Source: Aquabacterium sp. | GTDB taxonomy: Bacteria; Pseudomonadota; Gammaproteobacteria; Burkholderiales; Burkholderiaceae_C | Direction of reading: 5' to 3' | Assembly (NCBI GenBank): GCA_046299355.1 | Contig: JBKBIO010000011.1 | Coordinates: 56,948-120,947 of the forward strand | Length of the DNA: 64,000 nucleotides | Shown: piece after piece, positions 60,353 through 64,000 of the stretch | Numbering within the stretch: position 1 is the stretch's first letter | Layout of the letters: every line of letters begins with the position of its first letter | Notes under the pieces: model-generated | Seen by the model: the letters and a program-made list of their open reading frames with translations, nothing else | Told to the model about the DNA's origin: nothing | Databases searched by the model: none | Program-made: the position numbers and the translations under genes

Positions 60353-60979
60353 TCAGCGCAGACCGGCGATGTAGTCTGCCAGAGCTTCAATTTCCTTGTC
60401 GCTCAAGTTGGCAGCGATCGTGGTCATTTGAGCGTTGTTGGTACGCTCACCTTGACGGAACGCAACCAATTGGGCCTTGGTGTAGTCAGCATGCTGACCG
60501 GCCAGACGTGGATATTGGGCAGGCATGCCGGCACCGTTGGGGCTGTGGCAGCCGGCACAAGCAGGCACGGTCTTCTTGGCAATGCCGCCGCGATAGATCT
60601 TCTCGCCCAGGGCCACCAGATCCTTGTTCTTGGCAGCGCCTTCCTTGGCCTTCTTGGTGGCATAGAACGCAGCCACGTTCTTCATGTCCTCAGGCGTCAG
60701 CGCTGCAGCCATGCCATTCATCACAGCGTTCTTGCGCTTGCCCTCTTTGAATTCGGTCAATTGCTTGACGATGTATTCAGGGTGTTGCCCCTGCAGAATG
60801 GGGTTGGTGGGGGCGCCACGCGAACCGTCAGCCGTGTGACAGGCTGCGCAAACGGCAGTCACCTTGGCTTCGCCGGCAGCCAAATCAGGCTTGGCGACTT
60901 TGGTTTCTGAGGCTTGGGCCAAACCCGACAGGGACAGGGCCACCGAGGCAACGGCGATCAGGTTCAAAAAACGCTTCAT
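60353..60979 (-). CDS. Diheme cytochrome c4
   Basis: Signal peptide; CAACH and CAGCH; L.GQH..Y repeats. Confidence 0.96.
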   Translation of the reverse strand: MKRFLNLIAVASVALSLSGLAQASETKVAKPDLAAGEAKVTAVCAACHTADGSRGAPTNPILQGQHPEYIVKQLTEFKEGKRKNAVMNGMAAALTPEDMKNVAAFYATKKAKEGAAKNKDLVALGEKIYRGGIAKKTVPACAGCHSPNGAGMPAQYPRLAGQHADYTKAQLVAFRQGERTNNAQMTTIAANLSDKEIEALADYIAGLR

Positions 60980-61035
60980 GGCGATGGGGCGGTTAGGTTG
61001 TATTTGGGCAAACAGTAAAGATTTTACAATGCCCT

Positions 61036-61830
61036 ATGACTCGCCAAACGCCCCCCTCTGCGAAACCGAAGCGAAATGCGTCGGTAAAACCCACTTCGGC
61101 CCCGGCCCCAGTGGCTCCTGCCCCTGTAGATCCCCTTGAAAAAGAGGCGTTGGGCTGGGCCCACAGTGCCCGATTCCTGACCACGGCAGCCCAATTGCAC
61201 CACCTGCCCACGACCGAATTGCCCGAAGTGGCCTTCGTGGGCCGCTCCAATGCAGGCAAGTCCACGGCGGTCAACACCATTGCGCAGCAGCGCCAATTGG
61301 CTTTTGCCTCCAAAACGCCAGGGCGCACCCAACACATCAACCTGTTCAGCGTGGGACCCAAAGGCGCCCCCAATCAAATTTGGGCCGACTTGCCTGGCTA
61401 TGGCTACGCTGCGGTCGAACGCGAGGCCAAACTGCGCTGGCAGAAGGTCATGGCCGACTACCTGGATGTACGCCGCAACCTGGTCGGCGTGGTCCACATG
61501 ATCGATTCCCGCCACGGCTTCACCGACCTCGACCTGCAACTGCTGGATTTCGTCAAACGCCGGATTCGCTCAGGCGAAGTGAAACTGCTGGTGGTGCTGA
61601 CCAAGTGCGACAAACTCAATCGCAAAGAGGCCGCCGAATCGATGCGCGCAGCCCAAGCGCAGTTGGCCGAGGTCGTGACCGACGAATCCGATGTAGGCAT
61701 CGTGCTGTTCTCAGCCTTGAAGAAGGTCGGCGTGGGTGATGTCGCCATCGCGCTCAAGGAATGGGCAGCCTCGCCCGAAGACGCCGAGCGTCACGCCGCA
61801 TCTCTGGTGCCCCCAGCCGAATCAAGCTGA
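61036..61830 (+). CDS. engB: Ribosome biogenesis GTPase YihA/YsxC
   Basis: GRSNAGKS, PGRT, DLPGYG, TKCD. Confidence 0.96.
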   Translation: MTRQTPPSAKPKRNASVKPTSAPAPVAPAPVDPLEKEALGWAHSARFLTTAAQLHHLPTTELPEVAFVGRSNAGKSTAVNTIAQQRQLAFASKTPGRTQHINLFSVGPKGAPNQIWADLPGYGYAAVEREAKLRWQKVMADYLDVRRNLVGVVHMIDSRHGFTDLDLQLLDFVKRRIRSGEVKLLVVLTKCDKLNRKEAAESMRAAQAQLAEVVTDESDVGIVLFSALKKVGVGDVAIALKEWAASPEDAERHAASLVPPAESS

Positions 61831-61943
61831 TCCGCAAGGCACAACAGCGCGCCACCAAGATCGATCCACTGACAAGCTGTTTCCATTTCGTGCTTTTCTT
61901 TTGGTGAAATATGCCTTCACAATGAAGAATGCAGGAACAGGCG

Positions 61944-61959
61944 CGGCGCCCTGTTTGCG
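61944..61959 (+). promoter_or_regulatory. Possible sigma-54 promoter of the PEP-CTERM gene
   Basis: CGGCGCCCTGTTTGCG has GG-N10-GC spacing with TTGC; only a partial match to TGGCACG-N4-TTGC. Confidence 0.4.
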
Positions 61960-61986
61960 TCACGCGACTTCAACAAGGGGATCGGT

Positions 61987-62499
61987 ATGACATGGAAAAC
62001 TCTGGTGGCGGCCGTTGTCGCCACCACGGCCTACTCGGCTGCGTTGGCCAGCGGCCCTGGCTATCTCGGCACGCTCGACAACACGAGCGTTGACATCGGC
62101 GCCACCCACGGCTCGGTCAGCACGCCCTTCAACGGCGCCTTCACGGACACCTACACGTTTGACTTGATCGGCCAAGGCGAGTTGCTGGGCGGCATCCACT
62201 CGACGCAAGGCATGCCATTCGGCATCAAATCACTCAAGATCAGTGTGAGTGGCGGCAGCCTCCTGGCGCCCGAAGTGTTCCCGATGTTCGAATCCACCAG
62301 CACGATCGATTTTTGGGTCGGCGATCTCTCCCCTGGTCGCTACACCTTGACCGTCTCCGGCAAGGTGTTTGGCGGCAAGGGGTCTTATGGCGGCGATTTG
62401 GCTGCGTTGACAACGCCTGTGCCAGAGCCAGGTGTCTGGGCACTGTCATTGGCCGGGCTTGCTTGCGTGGGCATCTTCGCAAGTCGCCGCAGGGCCTGA
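61987..62499 (+). CDS. FxDxF-type PEP-CTERM protein
   Basis: Signal peptide, FTDTYTF, C-terminal VPEP-TM-RRR. Confidence 0.9.
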   Translation: MTWKTLVAAVVATTAYSAALASGPGYLGTLDNTSVDIGATHGSVSTPFNGAFTDTYTFDLIGQGELLGGIHSTQGMPFGIKSLKISVSGGSLLAPEVFPMFESTSTIDFWVGDLSPGRYTLTVSGKVFGGKGSYGGDLAALTTPVPEPGVWALSLAGLACVGIFASRRRA

Positions 62500-62519
62500 A
62501 CTAAAGCCTATCAAAAATG

Positions 62520-62550
62520 AAAAAGGGCGATCAACAGACCGCCCTTTTTT
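62520..62550. terminator. Bidirectional intrinsic terminator
   Basis: AAAAAGGGCG...CGCCCTTTTTT between convergent genes. Confidence 0.85.
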
Positions 62551-62577
62551 CTTGCCGCCATGTGGGCTTGCTCGACA

Positions 62578-63477
62578 TCAGGCCCCAATCAATCGAGTCA
62601 AAGCCTCCTGGTACTTGGCCGCAGTCTTTTCAATCACTTCTTGAGGCAATGCAGGCGAAGGCGCGGTCTTGTCCCAAGGCTGACCATTCACCGTGGCCTG
62701 CTCCAACCAATCACGCACAAACTGCTTGTCATAGCTGGGAGGGTTTGAACCTTCAGCGTAACCTTCCACTGGCCAGAAACGTGACGAGTCTGGGGTCAGC
62801 ACCTCATCCATCACGGTCAGGGTGCCGTTTTCATCCAAGCCAAATTCAAACTTGGTATCGGCAATGATGATGCCCTTGGTCAGCGCATAGTCAGCGGCAG
62901 TCTTGTACAGCTTGATGGCCAACTCGCGCACCTTCTCGGCCATCTCGGCGCCGATGATTTCGCTCATCTTGTCGAAAGAAATGTTCTCGTCGTGCTCGCC
63001 CACTTCGGCCTTGGTCGCGGGGGTGAAGATGGGCTCAGGCAGCTTCGATGCGTTCTTCAGGCCGGCGGGCAACTTCACACCGCACACTTCGCCGTTGTGC
63101 TGGTATTCCTTCCACCCCGAACCGGCCAGGTAACCACGCACCACGGCCTCCACAGGCAGAGGCTTGAGTTTCTTGACCAGCATGGCGCGGCCTTCGACTT
63201 GTGCGCGCTCTTCAGCCGACACCACGCTCACGGGGTCTTCGCCAGTCAGGTGGTTGGGGGCCACATCTTTGAGCAACTCGAACCAGAACAGGGCCATCTT
63301 GGTCAGCAAGGCGCCCTTACCCGGAATGGGCTCACCCATGATCACGTCAAACGCGCTGATGCGGTCAGACGCCACCATCAGGATGCGGTCGTTGCCCACT
63401 GCATAGTTGTCACGTACCTTGCCACGGGCCAGCAAGGGCAGAGATTTCAAAGCGGAGGTATGCAGGGCAGAAGTCAT
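62578..63477 (-). CDS. purC: SAICAR synthetase
   Basis: [46 protein letters not shown]. Confidence 0.98.
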   Translation of the reverse strand: MTSALHTSALKSLPLLARGKVRDNYAVGNDRILMVASDRISAFDVIMGEPIPGKGALLTKMALFWFELLKDVAPNHLTGEDPVSVVSAEERAQVEGRAMLVKKLKPLPVEAVVRGYLAGSGWKEYQHNGEVCGVKLPAGLKNASKLPEPIFTPATKAEVGEHDENISFDKMSEIIGAEMAEKVRELAIKLYKTAADYALTKGIIIADTKFEFGLDENGTLTVMDEVLTPDSSRFWPVEGYAEGSNPPSYDKQFVRDWLEQATVNGQPWDKTAPSPALPQEVIEKTAAKYQEALTRLIGA

Positions 63478-63577
63478 GACGGGGTCTCGAACGACGAAAA
63501 ACGATATTGTGCCTTGCACCCCGGCCCTGCCTCAACGGCCAGCCAGGTCAACGCCAGGCGATGGAAGTCAAAAAACG

Positions 63578-63610
63578 AAAAAGCCGGCCAGACTTGCGTC
63601 TGCACCGGCT
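63578..63610 (-). terminator. Intrinsic terminator after fba
   Basis: AGCCGG-C-CAGAC-TTGC-GTCTG-CA-CCGGCT hairpin with an adjacent A-run (U-tract on minus strand). Confidence 0.7.
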
Positions 63611-63628
63611 CATGTCAAAGCAAGTCGA

Positions 63629-64000
63629 TCAGGACACGACTTGGGCCAGCTTGCCTGCGGCGTACAGCGAAGCCATTTCGCTCAGGGTCAAGCCCTTGAT
63701 CTTGCTGCCTTGGCCTTCGCATCCGAACTCCAGGTAGCGCTGCTTACAGATCTGCTTAGCGGCTTCGCGAGCGGGCTTGAGCCATTCGCGAGCGTCAAAC
63801 TTATCTGGGTTCTCGAACATGAACTTGCGGACTGCGCCGGTCATGGCCAGACGGATGTCGGTGTCGATGTTGATCTTGCGCACGCCGTACTTGATGGCTT
63901 CCTGGATTTCTTCCACGGGCACGCCATAGGTTTCCTTCATCTTGCCGCCGTACTGGTTGATGATGGCCAGCAGGTCTTGTGGCACCGACGAGGAGCCGTG
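63629..64000 (-). CDS. fba: Class II fructose-bisphosphate aldolase, 3' part (continues past window end)
   Basis: HGSSSVPQ, GVRKINIDTDIRLA; upstream of purC. Confidence 0.95.
   Translation of the reverse strand, partial: HGSSSVPQDLLAIINQYGGKMKETYGVPVEEIQEAIKYGVRKINIDTDIRLAMTGAVRKFMFENPDKFDAREWLKPAREAAKQICKQRYLEFGCEGQGSKIKGLTLSEMASLYAAGKLAQVVS

Overview
A 64-kb, GC-rich, gene-dense chromosomal window from a Burkholderiales betaproteobacterium (gene content suggests an Aquabacterium/Comamonadaceae-like organism; this is inference). Most of it is housekeeping: lipA/lipB, dprA, def-fmt, htpX, yajC-secDF, hemJ/hemB, corA, tsaB-rimI-udg, dacB, sua5-purK-purE, cnoX, glcEF, system II cytochrome c biogenesis, engB, purC and a partial fba. 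Accessory patches are a fatty-acid/ester catabolism cluster, a binding protein-hybrid kinase pair, a decayed porin, a type IV minor-pilin/PilY1 operon and a PEP-CTERM gene. I saw no tRNA, rRNA, CRISPR, transposase, integrase or phage gene. Best leads: (1) a family-4 uracil-DNA glycosylase next to rimI whose N-terminus resembles the DNA Pol III psi (HolD) clamp-loader-binding peptide; (2) a four-hairpin anti-hemB-like sRNA with an exposed anti-Shine-Dalgarno loop between hemJ and hemB; (3) a syntenic dacC that lost its KTG motif while an intact, Acinetobacter-like second copy sits 19 kb away; (4) a TonB-like gene closely following pilY1; (5) a Tat-lipoprotein binding protein coupled to a hybrid kinase with no permease; (6) an SGNH lipoprotein lacking its catalytic Ser. 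All family calls come from motif recognition by eye, not from database searches.
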